NCBI GenBank assembly: GCA_945861775.1
Contig: CAMAVT010000002.1
Span: forward strand, 1 to 52,043
Length of the DNA: 52,043 nucleotides
Origin: Bifidobacterium breve
GTDB taxonomy: Bacteria > Actinomycetota > Actinomycetes > S36-B12
Reading direction: 5' to 3'
Shown: piece by piece, positions 37,714 through 48,266 of the stretch
Layout: the number at the start of each line of letters is the position of its first letter
How positions within the stretch are numbered: the first letter of the stretch is position 1
Program-made: the position numbers and the translations under genes
Notes under the pieces: model-generated
What the model was told of the DNA's origin: nothing
Seen by the model: only the letters and a program-made list of their open reading frames with translations
The model's database searches: none

Positions 37714-39935
37714 GGAGCTGGGTTCTCAAATACTTCATCGGCAGGTCTTGATGGTTCACCCGGCCTTTGGAGTGAGTCCGGATCGGAATTGTCAAAAGTT
37801 GTTTCACCTTCGGGAATGAAAATCTCTTGGGAAAGTTGTTCCGGCGAAAGCGTTCCGTAAGGCGCAACCGTGAACTGGGTGCGCAAGTCAAAATTGACAA
37901 TTGGGAGATTGGCAGATGCAGCCAACATGGATTCTCTCCAAATAGGACCGGGGAGTGTCCCACCGTAAACCTGTCGGTAATACGTCCCATTAATGGTGAT
38001 GTCTTTGAGAGGGAAAGCGTAACCTCCGCGCGGATCGCCAACCCACACGGCTGAGGCGACTTGAGGTGTAAAGCCGGCGAACCAGACCGCCGCTGATTCA
38101 TTTGTGGTTCCCGTCTTTCCGGCGACCGGCCGGTCACCCAGATTCATTGCGGCACCTGTTCGTCCGGGGATGAATCCGTCGACGACTCCGTTGAGCATCA
38201 CGGTGACACCGTCAGCAACTTCCCGTTCCAACACTTGGCGGCAGTCACCATTGGGAATCGGGAGTTTCGCTCCATCACGATCTCGAATTTCAAGAATGGG
38301 AACAGGTTCGCAATAGCGACCGTGGGCTGCAAAAGTTGCATAAGCATTTGCCAAGGAAAGTGGCGCAATCTCCATGGTTCCTAGGGTGAAAGAAGGTACA
38401 CGCAGGAGCGGTTCACCGTTGCCGAGTGTGACTCCAAGTGATTCAGCGATGTCTGCGGGCCGACAAATGCCGGTGCGTTCCTCAATTGCCATGAAGTAAG
38501 TATTTGTTGAATATGCCGTTGCCTGCGGCATATTAAGAGTGCCGGAGGTCGTTGAATTGTTCACTGTTACCGGTTCGTAGATCGCGCCTGTCTCACAGTT
38601 TCTAAAGTTGACAAATGTGTTGGGACTTGGTGCATCGATGTATTCATTCGGTGAGATACCCGCCTCAAGGGCTGCGGCAAGAGTGAATATTTTGAATGTC
38701 GAGCCGGCCTGCATTCCAATAGTGCCACCCATGCTTTGCGGTGCGTTGTAGTTGTAGGTGGTATTCCCTTTTCCAGCCGTTCCCCAGTCGCGGTTTTGGG
38801 TCATGGCAATTATTTGTCCGGTGCCAGGTTGGATCATTGAGATGGCTGCAGCTTTGCCACTCAGGTCATCAATGGGAATCGTTGTGTTAACGATCTGGGT
38901 TACTGCTTTTTGTACCGTGGGGTCAAGTGTGGTTGTGATGGTATAGCCGCCTCGACGAAGGAACGCTTCCCGCGCTTCGGGGGTCTCGCCGAAAATACTG
39001 TTTTGACGGATTGATTGCAGAACGTAATCGCAGAAGAACGGTGCGTAACTTGATGTGCAGCCATTAGAGACCTGAGCAGGTTTGAGGAGTTCCTGCATCG
39101 GAATTTTTTGGGCACGTTCGGCATCGTCCTGTGAAATGTAGCCCAGGGAAGCCATACGATTTAGGACAACATCGCGGCGCTCTGCAGAGAGCTCCGGATT
39201 GCGAATGGGATCGTAGGAAGTTGGCCGCTGAACAATTCCGGCGAGGGTGGCGGCTTCAGCGAGGGTGAGGTTGGCTGCTGGTTGTGAAAAATAGCGCCGT
39301 GAAGCGGCTTCGATTCCATAAGCACCAGATCCGAAGTAGGCAATATTGAGATAGCGGGAGAGGATTTCACCTTTGGTAAATCGTTTCTCTAGGGCCAGTG
39401 CCAACCGAACTTCTTTGATTTTGCGGGCGGAGCTGTCACCACGCGCGGCGTCAAGTTCCTCGGCGCTGGTCGCCTGATTAACCAAAACATTCTTGACGTA
39501 CTGCATGGTCAGGGTGGAGGCACCTTCAGAGATCTCACCGGAGCTGGCATTAGATGCTGCCGCCCGCACGATCCCTCGGAAGTCCACGCCATTGTGGTCA
39601 AGGAAGCGCGCGTCTTCCACCGCGACCATTGCTTGGCGCATAATTGGGGCAATACTTTCCAGAGGGACTTCAATTCGATTTTGGTAGTAAATGGTGGCCA
39701 GAACGGAGCCGTCGGAAGCAAGAATGACACTGCGCTCAGGTAGGGGCGGCGTGTTCAGTTCGTCAGGGAGCGACTCGAAGTCCCGGACCACGTCGCGGGT
39801 GAGCACTCCGAGGCTGCCTGCGAACGGGATGAGCATGAGCCCCACCAGCAGGCCGGCAAGGACGGAAATCCCCGCAATTGCCCCTATCGAGGCCGCAAGT
39901 GCGCCTGTGGTGCGTCGCTCCGGGGGCATAATCAT
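37710..39935 (-). CDS. ponA: Class A penicillin-binding protein (transglycosylase/transpeptidase)
   Basis: Glycosyltransferase motifs EDARFLDHNGVD and GASTLTMQYVKN. Transpeptidase motifs STFK and KTGTT. Confidence 0.92.
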   Translation of the reverse strand: MIMPPERRTTGALAASIGAIAGISVLAGLLVGLMLIPFAGSLGVLTRDVVRDFESLPDELNTPPLPERSVILASDGSVLATIYYQNRIEVPLESIAPIMRQAMVAVEDARFLDHNGVDFRGIVRAAASNASSGEISEGASTLTMQYVKNVLVNQATSAEELDAARGDSSARKIKEVRLALALEKRFTKGEILSRYLNIAYFGSGAYGIEAASRRYFSQPAANLTLAEAATLAGIVQRPTSYDPIRNPELSAERRDVVLNRMASLGYISQDDAERAQKIPMQELLKPAQVSNGCTSSYAPFFCDYVLQSIRQNSIFGETPEAREAFLRRGGYTITTTLDPTVQKAVTQIVNTTIPIDDLSGKAAAISMIQPGTGQIIAMTQNRDWGTAGKGNTTYNYNAPQSMGGTIGMQAGSTFKIFTLAAALEAGISPNEYIDAPSPNTFVNFRNCETGAIYEPVTVNNSTTSGTLNMPQATAYSTNTYFMAIEERTGICRPADIAESLGVTLGNGEPLLRVPSFTLGTMEIAPLSLANAYATFAAHGRYCEPVPILEIRDRDGAKLPIPNGDCRQVLEREVADGVTVMLNGVVDGFIPGRTGAAMNLGDRPVAGKTGTTNESAAVWFAGFTPQVASAVWVGDPRGGYAFPLKDITINGTYYRQVYGGTLPGPIWRESMLAASANLPIVNFDLRTQFTVAPYGTLSPEQLSQEIFIPEGETTFDNSDPDSLQRPGEPSRPADEVFENPAP

Positions 39936-40163
39936 CAGACGTCAAGGGTAGAACCCTCGTTCCCGATTTCCAAAGCCATCCCGTCTTTCCTGACCCCGAC
40001 GGCTTTTCAAGTGAATTCTTGGGGGACTTTGTGCAAACTTTCCCAAAACAAAAACCTATTGACTCTGAGTTGTCAGCGGAGCATAGTTCGACCTGAAGTA
40101 GTGACCGGCAAATATACCCCCAGGGTTTTGCAGGGGGTATCTAAATGAGGGGTTTGCGCACAT

Positions 40164-40475
40164 ATGTCGATTGCAACCGAATGGGCCATCAATGCCGCTT
40201 GTCGCAACACCGACCCGGACACACTTTTTGTTCAAGGGGCCGCTCAGAACCGGGTAAAGGCCATTTGTTTGGGCTGTGAAGTTCGCACCGAGTGTCTCTC
40301 TGACGCTCTAGATAACCGGGTTGAATTTGGGGTGTGGGGCGGCATGACTGAACGGGAGCGTCGGGCACTGCTTCGTCGTCGACCCAATGTGAGTTCCTGG
40401 AAGACACTTCTCATGAGCGCTCAAAACGAATATGAGCGCCAGTCATTCCTGAGCGCAACTGACCGCGCTTCTTAA
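40164..40475 (+). CDS. WhiB-family transcriptional regulator (whiB4-like by synteny)
   Basis: Four Cys (C..., CLGCEVRTEC) followed by GVWGG. Confidence 0.9.
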   Translation: MSIATEWAINAACRNTDPDTLFVQGAAQNRVKAICLGCEVRTECLSDALDNRVEFGVWGGMTERERRALLRRRPNVSSWKTLLMSAQNEYERQSFLSATDRAS

Positions 40476-40491
40476 CTGCGAGGCAAGTGAA

Positions 40492-41616
40492 TTACCAGGT
40501 TATCCCCTGGTTAGCCAAAGCTGCACCAATTTCGCGCAGCCCGGCTAAATCATGCACATCCTGCGCCATTGCCGGAATTGGCTGCACGGCAACATCTGGG
40601 TGAGCAGCCGTGAAACGCATCGCAAGATGTTTTTGTCGTTCTTTAATTTCCATCCGCTGCGCATGAAGTTCTAGGAGTGCTGCGGTCAGGGGTCCTCGAC
40701 CCTCTGCCGTTAATTTCTGGGCGGCCGCTAGTACTTGATCTTGGGTGAGACCAGTTTCGGGAACTTCTTGCACTCGATTCAGAATCAATCCACCCAGTGG
40801 CATCGAATCTTGGTTGAGTCGCTCCACAAAATAAGCAGCCTCGCGCAAAGCGTCACGCTCGGGCGCGGCAACAACAATAAATTCGGTACCGGAGTCTTTG
40901 AGAAGAGCGTAGGTTGCATCAGCTCTTTCGCGAAAGCCACCAAAAGTTGTATCGATATCAGCGACAAAGTTCCCGACGTCAGCGAGCACTTGCGCACCGA
41001 GGAGTTTGCTCAGGACATTGGTGAAAATCCCAAAACCCATTGCTGCGATCCTGCCAATTCCGCGGCCTGCACCGCGCGCGGGTGCGGTAATGATTCGAAT
41101 CAATCGCCCGTCAAGAAATGATCCGAGTCGGGCTGGCGCATCAAGGAAGTCGAGTGCATTTCGACTTGGAGGTGTGTCAACGATGATCAAGTCCCACTGG
41201 GATTGCGCACGCAACTGCCCGAGTTTCTCCATTGCCATGTATTCCTGAGTGCCAGCAAATGAAGAGGAAAGTGCCTGGTAAAACGGATTACTGAGAATCT
41301 GCTCAGCGCGCTCAGGGTCGCTGTGAGACTCAACAACCTCGTCGAATGTGCGCTTCATGTCGAGCATCATGGCGCTCAAGGATCCGTTGGCAATGCCGGC
41401 AACGGCACGCGGAGTGTTATCAAGTTCGGTGAGTCCCATGGCCTGCGCCAGTCTGCGAGCGGGATCGATTGTGAGTACGCACACATTGCGGCCAAGTTCG
41501 GCAGCTCGCAGTCCCAGCGCTGCTGCTGTTGTTGTTTTGCCAACTCCACCTGAGCCAGTACACACGATTATGTGCTTTTCAGGGTTAGTGAGAATTGCAT
41601 CAATGTCTAATGTCAT
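40492..41616 (-). CDS. ArsA-family ATPase (second of pair)
   Basis: P-loop CTGSGGVGKTT. The start is set at MTLDIDA, 5 nt after the stop of the upstream gene. Confidence 0.8.
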   Translation of the reverse strand: MTLDIDAILTNPEKHIIVCTGSGGVGKTTTAAALGLRAAELGRNVCVLTIDPARRLAQAMGLTELDNTPRAVAGIANGSLSAMMLDMKRTFDEVVESHSDPERAEQILSNPFYQALSSSFAGTQEYMAMEKLGQLRAQSQWDLIIVDTPPSRNALDFLDAPARLGSFLDGRLIRIITAPARGAGRGIGRIAAMGFGIFTNVLSKLLGAQVLADVGNFVADIDTTFGGFRERADATYALLKDSGTEFIVVAAPERDALREAAYFVERLNQDSMPLGGLILNRVQEVPETGLTQDQVLAAAQKLTAEGRGPLTAALLELHAQRMEIKERQKHLAMRFTAAHPDVAVQPIPAMAQDVHDLAGLREIGAALANQGITW

Positions 41617-41620
41617 GTCA

Positions 41621-42607
41621 TTACTCCCCACCAATTCCGGAGGCGGACATGATTGCGGAAAGTTCATAGAGTCCGCCTAAGTCAATCCCGCTCGGCAACA
41701 ATGGCAAAGTGAAGATGGGCAGTCCTCGCTCTGTCAAACGCTCAAGTTCGGTTATTTCCAAATCAACCCGCTCGGAGTGGTCACTTGCTTCGTTCAGCAA
41801 CGCATCAATGAGTTGATTCGTTGCAGTTAGGCCGGATTGTGAAATTTCACTTTCAATTTCTGACCTGGGAAGTTGACCTGCAATTGCCATTACGCGCTGC
41901 TGCGCATCAAGTTGAGGAGGTCTGGTCATATTGACAAAGATTGCACCAACAGGAAGTGCGGCTGCTTCGAGCTCGCTCACGCCGTCGAGGGTTTCTTGCA
42001 CGGGCATTTCTTCAAGGAGTGTTACCAAGTGAATCGCGCTCTGTTCTGAGGCAATCACGCTCATCACCGAATCGGCGTGTGACTTAATGGGCCCAACTTT
42101 GGCAAGACCAGAAACCTCGCCATTCACATTTAAAAACCGTGTGATGCGTCCGGTTGGGGGAGCATCGAGAATTACATAGTCGTATGCGTTGTCTTGCTTC
42201 TTCTCCTTGCGTTTAACAACTTCGCAAGCTTTTCCAGTGAGCAGTACGTCACGCAGCCCCGGTGCGATTGTGGTAGCAAAATCCACAGCACCCATCTTTC
42301 TCAGTGCTGAGCCAGCCCGACGCAATTTATAAAACATCTCGAGGTAGTCCAGAAGCGCATCTTCGGTGTCAACAGCGAGAGCCCACACTTCGCCACCGCC
42401 GGGTGCTACCGCGATCTTGCGCTCTTCATAGGGCAGTGGGGGAGTATCAAAGAGTTGAGCGATTCCTTGACGACCTTCAACTTCCATGAGGATGGTCCGG
42501 TGACCGTTTTTGGCAAGGGCGATCGCTAGCGCTGCGGCGATGGTTGTCTTGCCTGTCCCGCCCTTTCCGGTTACAACATGAAGGGTCGCATTGGGCCAAT
42601 TTTGCAC
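41621..42607 (-). CDS. ArsA-family ATPase (first of pair)
   Basis: P-loop VTGKGGTGKTT. Confidence 0.8.
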   Translation of the reverse strand: MQNWPNATLHVVTGKGGTGKTTIAAALAIALAKNGHRTILMEVEGRQGIAQLFDTPPLPYEERKIAVAPGGGEVWALAVDTEDALLDYLEMFYKLRRAGSALRKMGAVDFATTIAPGLRDVLLTGKACEVVKRKEKKQDNAYDYVILDAPPTGRITRFLNVNGEVSGLAKVGPIKSHADSVMSVIASEQSAIHLVTLLEEMPVQETLDGVSELEAAALPVGAIFVNMTRPPQLDAQQRVMAIAGQLPRSEIESEISQSGLTATNQLIDALLNEASDHSERVDLEITELERLTERGLPIFTLPLLPSGIDLGGLYELSAIMSASGIGGE

Positions 42608-42647
42608 ATGTGCACTGTACCTACCCCTTCCGCGTTACGCTCATCTC

Positions 42648-42803
42648 ATGACCAAATGGGAATACGTGACCGTGCCGCTCTTAATTCATGCGACTAAGCA
42701 AATCCTTGATACGTGGGGAGATGACGGCTGGGAACTGATTCAGGTAGTTCCGGGCCCCAATCCTGACAACATGGTTGCCTATCTCAAGCGGCCAAAGGCT
42801 TAA
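42648..42803 (+). CDS. DUF4177 domain protein
   Basis: MTKWEYVTVPL...GDDGWELIQVV. Confidence 0.7.
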   Translation: MTKWEYVTVPLLIHATKQILDTWGDDGWELIQVVPGPNPDNMVAYLKRPKA

Positions 42804-42813
42804 GGGGCTGCAC

Positions 42814-43269
42814 ATGTCTGCGGTTGAAAATCGTCTGGCTGAATTGGGTTTGAGTGTCCCGGAGGTGGTGGCACCTCTAGCCGCCTATGTGCCCGCGGTG
42901 ATCAGTGGCTCCTACGTCTACACATCCGGCCAGCTACCGATGGTTTCAGGAGCGCTGCCGGCGACAGGTCGACTGGGCGCAGAGATTGATCTAGATCAGG
43001 GCGCATCCCTGGCTCAGATCTGTGCACTTAACGCCATCGCAGCGATTAAAAGCGTAATTGGAGATTTGGACCGAGTAGTCCAGGTGGTTCGAGTTACCGG
43101 TTTTGTTGCTTCGACACCGGAATTCACTTCGCAGCCTGCCGTGATCAATGGGGCAAGTAATTTACTGGGTATCGCTTTTGGTGGGTCGCACTCCCGTTCA
43201 GCAGTGGGTGTTGCAGCGCTGCCCCTTGGGGCACCTGTCGAGGTCGACATGATTGTTGAATTCAAGTAA
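42814..43269 (+). CDS. RidA/YjgF family protein
   Basis: YVYTSGQLP...V.V.GFV... matches the RidA fold pattern. Confidence 0.8.
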   Translation: MSAVENRLAELGLSVPEVVAPLAAYVPAVISGSYVYTSGQLPMVSGALPATGRLGAEIDLDQGASLAQICALNAIAAIKSVIGDLDRVVQVVRVTGFVASTPEFTSQPAVINGASNLLGIAFGGSHSRSAVGVAALPLGAPVEVDMIVEFK

Positions 43270-43272
43270 GAC

Positions 43273-43962
43273 GTGGAACTTCTTTCACTCAACGATCGTG
43301 TGCGATCCGTTGCTGCCGGCGACGGGCGTTGGCAAGTTCCCGTCGCGGAACCGGCATCAACCGTAGTGATCGCACGACCGGGGACTTCTGGTTTTGAGGT
43401 GCTGCTCATGCAGCGCAGTTCCACCATGGCCTTCGCGCCAAATATGGCGGTGTTCCCGGGAGGGAAAGTCGACCCAAAAGATCATGAATTCCCTGACCCA
43501 TTTATGGCGTGTGCAATCCGTGAGGTTCATGAAGAAGTAGGACTAAAACTTACTTCTTTGGTTGCCCTTGATCACTGGATCACTCCAGAGGTTGAACCAC
43601 TTCGATACGACGTGCGCTTCTATTTATCTATTGTGGAAGAGCATGTAGAAGGTGCCTTGGTAACAACAGAGGCGGACACCATTTTGTGGTTGACGCCCGC
43701 GCAAGCTCACGCAAGGTCACTCGACGGATCACTCCCCATGCTGCGTCCAACGCAGATCGCCCTTGCCGAGTTAGACATGTGCAAAAATCTTGAAGAACTT
43801 ACCGACTTTGCACGTGCGCGAGATATCGCACCCAAACTTCCTATACCTACACTCAAGCCAACAGGAGAGATTCGTTGGGATTTGGTGAACGGTTACACGG
43901 GGGAACCCATCCAAACGAATGTCGGGATGGCGAAGCAGGAAACCACAGGCCGACATGAGTGA
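43273..43962 (+). CDS. NUDIX hydrolase
   Basis: Nudix box FPGGKVDPKDHEFPDPFMACAIREVHEEVGL. Confidence 0.8.
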   Translation: MELLSLNDRVRSVAAGDGRWQVPVAEPASTVVIARPGTSGFEVLLMQRSSTMAFAPNMAVFPGGKVDPKDHEFPDPFMACAIREVHEEVGLKLTSLVALDHWITPEVEPLRYDVRFYLSIVEEHVEGALVTTEADTILWLTPAQAHARSLDGSLPMLRPTQIALAELDMCKNLEELTDFARARDIAPKLPIPTLKPTGEIRWDLVNGYTGEPIQTNVGMAKQETTGRHE

Positions 43963-44731
43963 GCAGGAAGCGGTGCAGGCATGGACCGGAGGAGTGATTG
44001 CGCCTGACGTTCAATGCGTGTTGGCTCCTAATCCTTCACCGTGGACACTTGAAGGAACAAATACGTATGTCATCGGTGAAGTGGGTGGTCGACAGGTGGT
44101 CGTTGACCCTGGCCCGGCGAACCCTGAGCATTTACAGCGGGTTTCCCAATTAGCTCAGGGCCCCATTGCGGCAATTCTGTTAACCCACGCCCACATTGAT
44201 CACTCCGAAGGTGCACCTGATTTGTCAGAACTCGTTGGAGCGCCAGTCATCTCGAGCAGGGAGATATCTGGACTTGATTTAGGTTCGGTCGAGTTACTCA
44301 TGCACCGCACACCCGGGCATAGCTCGGACAGCGTCTGTATCACCGTTGTCTCGCCTTCGGGTCGATACCTTCTCAGCGGTGACACAATTTTGGGTCGTGG
44401 AACCACACTTGTTGCTCATCCTGATGGTGTACTGGGTGAATACTTCGACTCGTTGCGACTACTCCGCGATCATTGCAATGACCTAGGGATCACCATGCTT
44501 TTGCCCGGGCATGGCCCCACATCAGAATCACCTGTCGCACTCATTGATTTTTATGAAAAGCACCGACGTGAAAGACTCGAGCAAATCCGCGCAGCAATAA
44601 AAGATGGCAAGACAACCGTTGAATCAATTACCGATTTGGTTTATGCCAGCGTTGATCCAAATGTACGGATCGCCGCTGAGGTCACGGTTGCAGCCCAACT
44701 GCATTACTTAAAGTCAGACGCTCTGGGCTGA
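43955..44731 (+). CDS. MBL-fold metallo-hydrolase
   Basis: LLTHAHIDHSEGA and later TPGHSSDS. Confidence 0.85.
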   Translation: MSEQEAVQAWTGGVIAPDVQCVLAPNPSPWTLEGTNTYVIGEVGGRQVVVDPGPANPEHLQRVSQLAQGPIAAILLTHAHIDHSEGAPDLSELVGAPVISSREISGLDLGSVELLMHRTPGHSSDSVCITVVSPSGRYLLSGDTILGRGTTLVAHPDGVLGEYFDSLRLLRDHCNDLGITMLLPGHGPTSESPVALIDFYEKHRRERLEQIRAAIKDGKTTVESITDLVYASVDPNVRIAAEVTVAAQLHYLKSDALG

Positions 44732-44771
44732 CTAGTTGTGTTTAATAACGCCATGCGTTACTATATTGTCT

Positions 44772-45050
44772 ATGATCGTGTCGTTTGCTAATAAAGAGAC
44801 GGAACGTCTTGCTACCGGGCAGCGGGTGCGAAGGCTCATGTCCATTGAATTGATCGCCAGAAGAAAACTCCGACAGTTAGACATTGCTGGTGGTCTAGAC
44901 GACTTGAGGGTCCCTCCGGGGAATCGACTGGAGGCACTCAAAGGAAGCCGAAAGGGTCAGATGAGCATCCGCGTAAATGACCAATGGCGAGTATGTTTTC
45001 GATGGACGGCAGCAGGTCCGACAGAAGTTGAGATCGTTGATTACCACTAA
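44772..45050 (+). CDS. higB: HigB-type (RelE/ParE superfamily) toxin
   Basis: MIVSFANKETERL...L..L....L.DL.VPPGNRLEALKG.RKGQ.SIR.N.QWR.CF.W, the plasmid-maintenance killer family pattern. Confidence 0.85.
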   Translation: MIVSFANKETERLATGQRVRRLMSIELIARRKLRQLDIAGGLDDLRVPPGNRLEALKGSRKGQMSIRVNDQWRVCFRWTAAGPTEVEIVDYH

Positions 45051-45070
45051 AAGTGTGAAGGGAGCAGGAG

Positions 45071-45373
45071 ATGGCACGCGTACTTGAGCCGGTAACTCCG
45101 GGGGAGTTGCTATGGGAAGAATTCATGGCACCGATGGGTTTATCGCGATACCGCTTAGCCAAGGAAATTGGTGTCCCCGCGCAACGCATCGGCGACATCG
45201 TCAACGGAAAGCGAGCGATCACCGCAGACACTGACTTGAGACTGTGTCGCTTCTTTGGTTTATCCAATGGGTACTGGATGCGTGCCCAGACTGCTTACGA
45301 GATTGAGGTTGCCCAACGTGAATTGGCACCGGTGCTGAAGAAAATCAAGCCGTGGGCCAGTACTGCTGCCTGA
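45071..45373 (+). CDS. higA: HigA-type antitoxin (XRE helix-turn-helix)
   Basis: PGELL.EEF..P.GLS...LAKEIGVPAQRI.DIVNGKR.ITADT.LRL..FFG.S..YW...Q..Y. Confidence 0.85.
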   Translation: MARVLEPVTPGELLWEEFMAPMGLSRYRLAKEIGVPAQRIGDIVNGKRAITADTDLRLCRFFGLSNGYWMRAQTAYEIEVAQRELAPVLKKIKPWASTAA

Positions 45374-45391
45374 GCGCGAACACGGATTGAA

Positions 45392-46075
45392 TTAACGAGC
45401 GCGCTTGCCCAGTCTTTCAACGTCAAGGATTAATACTTGACGAGATTCCAAGGAGATCCAGCCGCGTTGGGCGAAGTCTGCGAGTGCCTTGTTTACTGTT
45501 TCGCGCGATGCACCGACGAGCTGTGCGATTTCCTCTTGGGTCATGTCGTGGGTAACAAGTAGGCCACCGGGGACCATCGTTCCAAACTTCTCACCAAGTT
45601 CCATGAGTGCTTTGGCGACTCGACCGGGGACATCACTGAAGACGAGGTCAGCCATCGCTTCATTGGTGCGTCGAAGCCGGCGAGCGAGTGCTTGTAAAAG
45701 TGATGCTGCAACTTCGGGGCGACCAGCCAACCATGGCATGAGTTGTGTATTGCCCAACCGAACAACGCGCGCCTCGGTAAGCGCTGTCGCGGATGCTGCT
45801 CGCGGACCTGGATCAAACAGGCTGAGTTCACCGAACATTTCACCTGGGCCAAGGACCGCCATCAGTGATTCACGCCCGTCAGCGGATGCGTGTCCAAGTT
45901 TGACTTTTCCTTCAATAATGAGAAAGAGTTGATCCCCGGGCTGACCTTCGTGGAAGAGAACCCCACCTTTGGGCACAACCTGCTCGGTGAGTAACTCCAT
46001 TAGGGCTGCGGCGCCGTCTTCATCCACGCTGGCAAACAATGGAGACTGATGTAGGACAGAATCCATGTGGTCCAT
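45392..46075 (-). CDS. crp: Crp/Fnr family transcriptional regulator (Crp/GlxR ortholog)
   Basis: cNMP-binding domain FGELSLFDPGPR and C-terminal helix-turn-helix TQEEIAQLVGASRETVNKAL. The start is uncertain: ATG 46075 or TTG 46093. Confidence 0.9.
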   Translation of the reverse strand: MDHMDSVLHQSPLFASVDEDGAAALMELLTEQVVPKGGVLFHEGQPGDQLFLIIEGKVKLGHASADGRESLMAVLGPGEMFGELSLFDPGPRAASATALTEARVVRLGNTQLMPWLAGRPEVAASLLQALARRLRRTNEAMADLVFSDVPGRVAKALMELGEKFGTMVPGGLLVTHDMTQEEIAQLVGASRETVNKALADFAQRGWISLESRQVLILDVERLGKRAR

Positions 46076-46210
46076 GTGTGATCCTTTCGGCAAATCGTGC
46101 TAGTTGAAGCAAACTCTGCGCCCCCCGTAAGGGGCACTTTATTGGATACACGGGAACCTCATTGCAGGTCGGGGGGCGTGAACCACTTCGCGGGGACTTA
46201 ATCTAGGAGG

Positions 46211-46930
46211 GTGTCAGCCCTCCCAACCCCCCTCAAAGTGCCAGATCCGGTGCTGGTGAAGGACGCCCGTTGGATTTTGCGCGAGTTGGCCAGGACCTAC
46301 CCGGACGCTGGGCCGGAGCTCGATTTCACCTCGCCGTTAGAGCTCCTGGTTGCCACAATTCTGAGCGCCCAGTGCACAGATCGCCGGGTAAACGCGGTCA
46401 CCCCGGCACTTTTCACCAGGTACCCCGACGCCGCGGCCTACGCATCAGCCAAGCAAGAAGAGGTTGAGGAACTCATCCGTCCCACCGGTTTTTATCGAAC
46501 TAAGGCGACGACGATTATTGGGATGGGGGCCAAACTCACACACGATTTTGGCGGTGAAGTTCCCTCAACAGTTGAAGAACTTGTCAAGCTGCCGGGCGTT
46601 GGTCGTAAGACTGCATTCGTCGTGATGGGAAATGCCTTTGGCCTTCCCGGAATTACAATTGACACACATTTTGGCCGGTTGGCTCGAAGGTTCGGCTGGA
46701 CCATCAACACCGATCCGGTCAAAATCGAGCGCGATATTGAACTTCTTTTTCCGGCAAAAGATTGGACTCGGCTTTCACATCTTGTTCTGTGGCATGGGCG
46801 TCGGGTCTGTCATGCACGTAAGCCCGCGTGCGGAGCATGCGTCGTTGCCAAAAGATGCCCGTCATTCGGTGAAGGACCAACGGATTTTGCGGAAGCGGAA
46901 AAACTAGTGAAGTTACAAGGTCGAGCATGA
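46211..46930 (+). CDS. nth: Endonuclease III
   Basis: Hh[10 protein letters not shown] and the C-terminal 4Fe-4S cluster [17 protein letters not shown]. Confidence 0.92.
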   Translation: MSALPTPLKVPDPVLVKDARWILRELARTYPDAGPELDFTSPLELLVATILSAQCTDRRVNAVTPALFTRYPDAAAYASAKQEEVEELIRPTGFYRTKATTIIGMGAKLTHDFGGEVPSTVEELVKLPGVGRKTAFVVMGNAFGLPGITIDTHFGRLARRFGWTINTDPVKIERDIELLFPAKDWTRLSHLVLWHGRRVCHARKPACGACVVAKRCPSFGEGPTDFAEAEKLVKLQGRA

Positions 46931-47577
46931 AAAATTGCCGAGGCATTGTGCTAGGACTGACGGTGATGGCCCTCTCATTGAGCGCTTGTTCAAGTTCAGA
47001 AACTGCCGGCGAGTTATTAAGTCAACCAAGTTCTGACATGAAAAGTAGTGATAGTCAACAAGCTGCAATTGATCGAGATTCGGATTTGCTGACGCTTATG
47101 CAAGAAGTGAATTTGGACCCGTGTCCCACTGCCGCGCTCAACCCTGATGCTGCTATTCCTGGATTACCTGATCAAGTTTTTGACTGTCTCGGTGACACTT
47201 CGGTTGTCTCACTATCACAACTTCGGGGGACACCCATGGTCGTCAACGTGTGGGCGACTTGGTGCCCGCCATGCATTGAAGAGTTGCCACTGCTGGAAAA
47301 AGTTTCGCGCGAACTTGAAGGTGAAGTTGATTTTATTGGTATAAATCTTGAAGATGATCCCACGAAGGCACTCCAGTTAATGCAGGACTTTGGTGTTTCT
47401 TATCCATCGGTGATTGATCAATCGGGGGATACTCGGGCTCCGCTGACGATTCCTGGACCACCTGTCACCTTTTTCGTGACCGCGCAGGGTGTTATCGCCG
47501 GGCGTTGGGATGGCGCGATTCCCAACGAGAAGACATTTAACTCTCTACTACAGAAAAATTTAGGAATTAACAGGTGA
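46927..47577 (+). CDS. TlpA-family thiol-disulfide oxidoreductase lipoprotein
   Basis: Lipobox LSAC|SSS and a thioredoxin motif WATWCPPC. Confidence 0.85.
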   Translation: MKNCRGIVLGLTVMALSLSACSSSETAGELLSQPSSDMKSSDSQQAAIDRDSDLLTLMQEVNLDPCPTAALNPDAAIPGLPDQVFDCLGDTSVVSLSQLRGTPMVVNVWATWCPPCIEELPLLEKVSRELEGEVDFIGINLEDDPTKALQLMQDFGVSYPSVIDQSGDTRAPLTIPGPPVTFFVTAQGVIAGRWDGAIPNEKTFNSLLQKNLGINR

Positions 47578-48224
47578 ATTGGTTAACCCACGGGACGCTC
47601 ATCCCAGAGTCACTGGACTCCTTGCCACCGTGGCTGGATCCGGTAGTAAGCGCGGTCGACGGACTCGAAGCTAAAGATCTAAGCCGGTTCACGCCAACAA
47701 GAGGTGAGGGGGTTCACTCTGCTGTACTTGTACTTTTTGGGGATCAACAGGACATTCTCATCATTGAACGCGCCACCAACAACCGGTCTCATAGTGGGCA
47801 ACCGGCCTTTCCTGGTGGTCGAGTTGAAATCAGTGACCAATCGGCGATTGCGGCGGCGCTACGTGAAGCCAATGAGGAAACGGGACTGGATCCACGCGGT
47901 GTTACCCCATTTGCCCAACTCCCTGACGTGTTGATTCCGGTGAGCAATTACGTGGTGTCTCCGGTCTTGGGATGGTGGCATGAAAGCAGTCCGGTGGGTC
48001 CAAGGGATGCCGAGGAAGTTGCTAGCGTTCACCGAATCCCGATCGCTGACTTCATCAACCCGGACAACCGAGTCCAAATTCGCCACCCAAAGGGCTACAG
48101 GGGCGATGCTTTCCAGGTTAATCAACTTTTAGTGTGGGGATTTACGGCAGGGTTGCTCTCAACCCTGTTTGAGCTCTCGGGTTGGAGTGTTCCTTGGGAT
48201 AAAGATCGGGTTGTAGCCCTGTGA
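47574..48224 (+). CDS. NUDIX hydrolase (CoA pyrophosphatase-like)
   Basis: Nudix box FPGGRVEISDQSAIAAALREANEETGL. Confidence 0.8.
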   Translation: MNWLTHGTLIPESLDSLPPWLDPVVSAVDGLEAKDLSRFTPTRGEGVHSAVLVLFGDQQDILIIERATNNRSHSGQPAFPGGRVEISDQSAIAAALREANEETGLDPRGVTPFAQLPDVLIPVSNYVVSPVLGWWHESSPVGPRDAEEVASVHRIPIADFINPDNRVQIRHPKGYRGDAFQVNQLLVWGFTAGLLSTLFELSGWSVPWDKDRVVAL

Positions 48225-48266
48225 CGTGGAACCCCATGACGTGGAAACTGTGACGAGAGAACTCGC

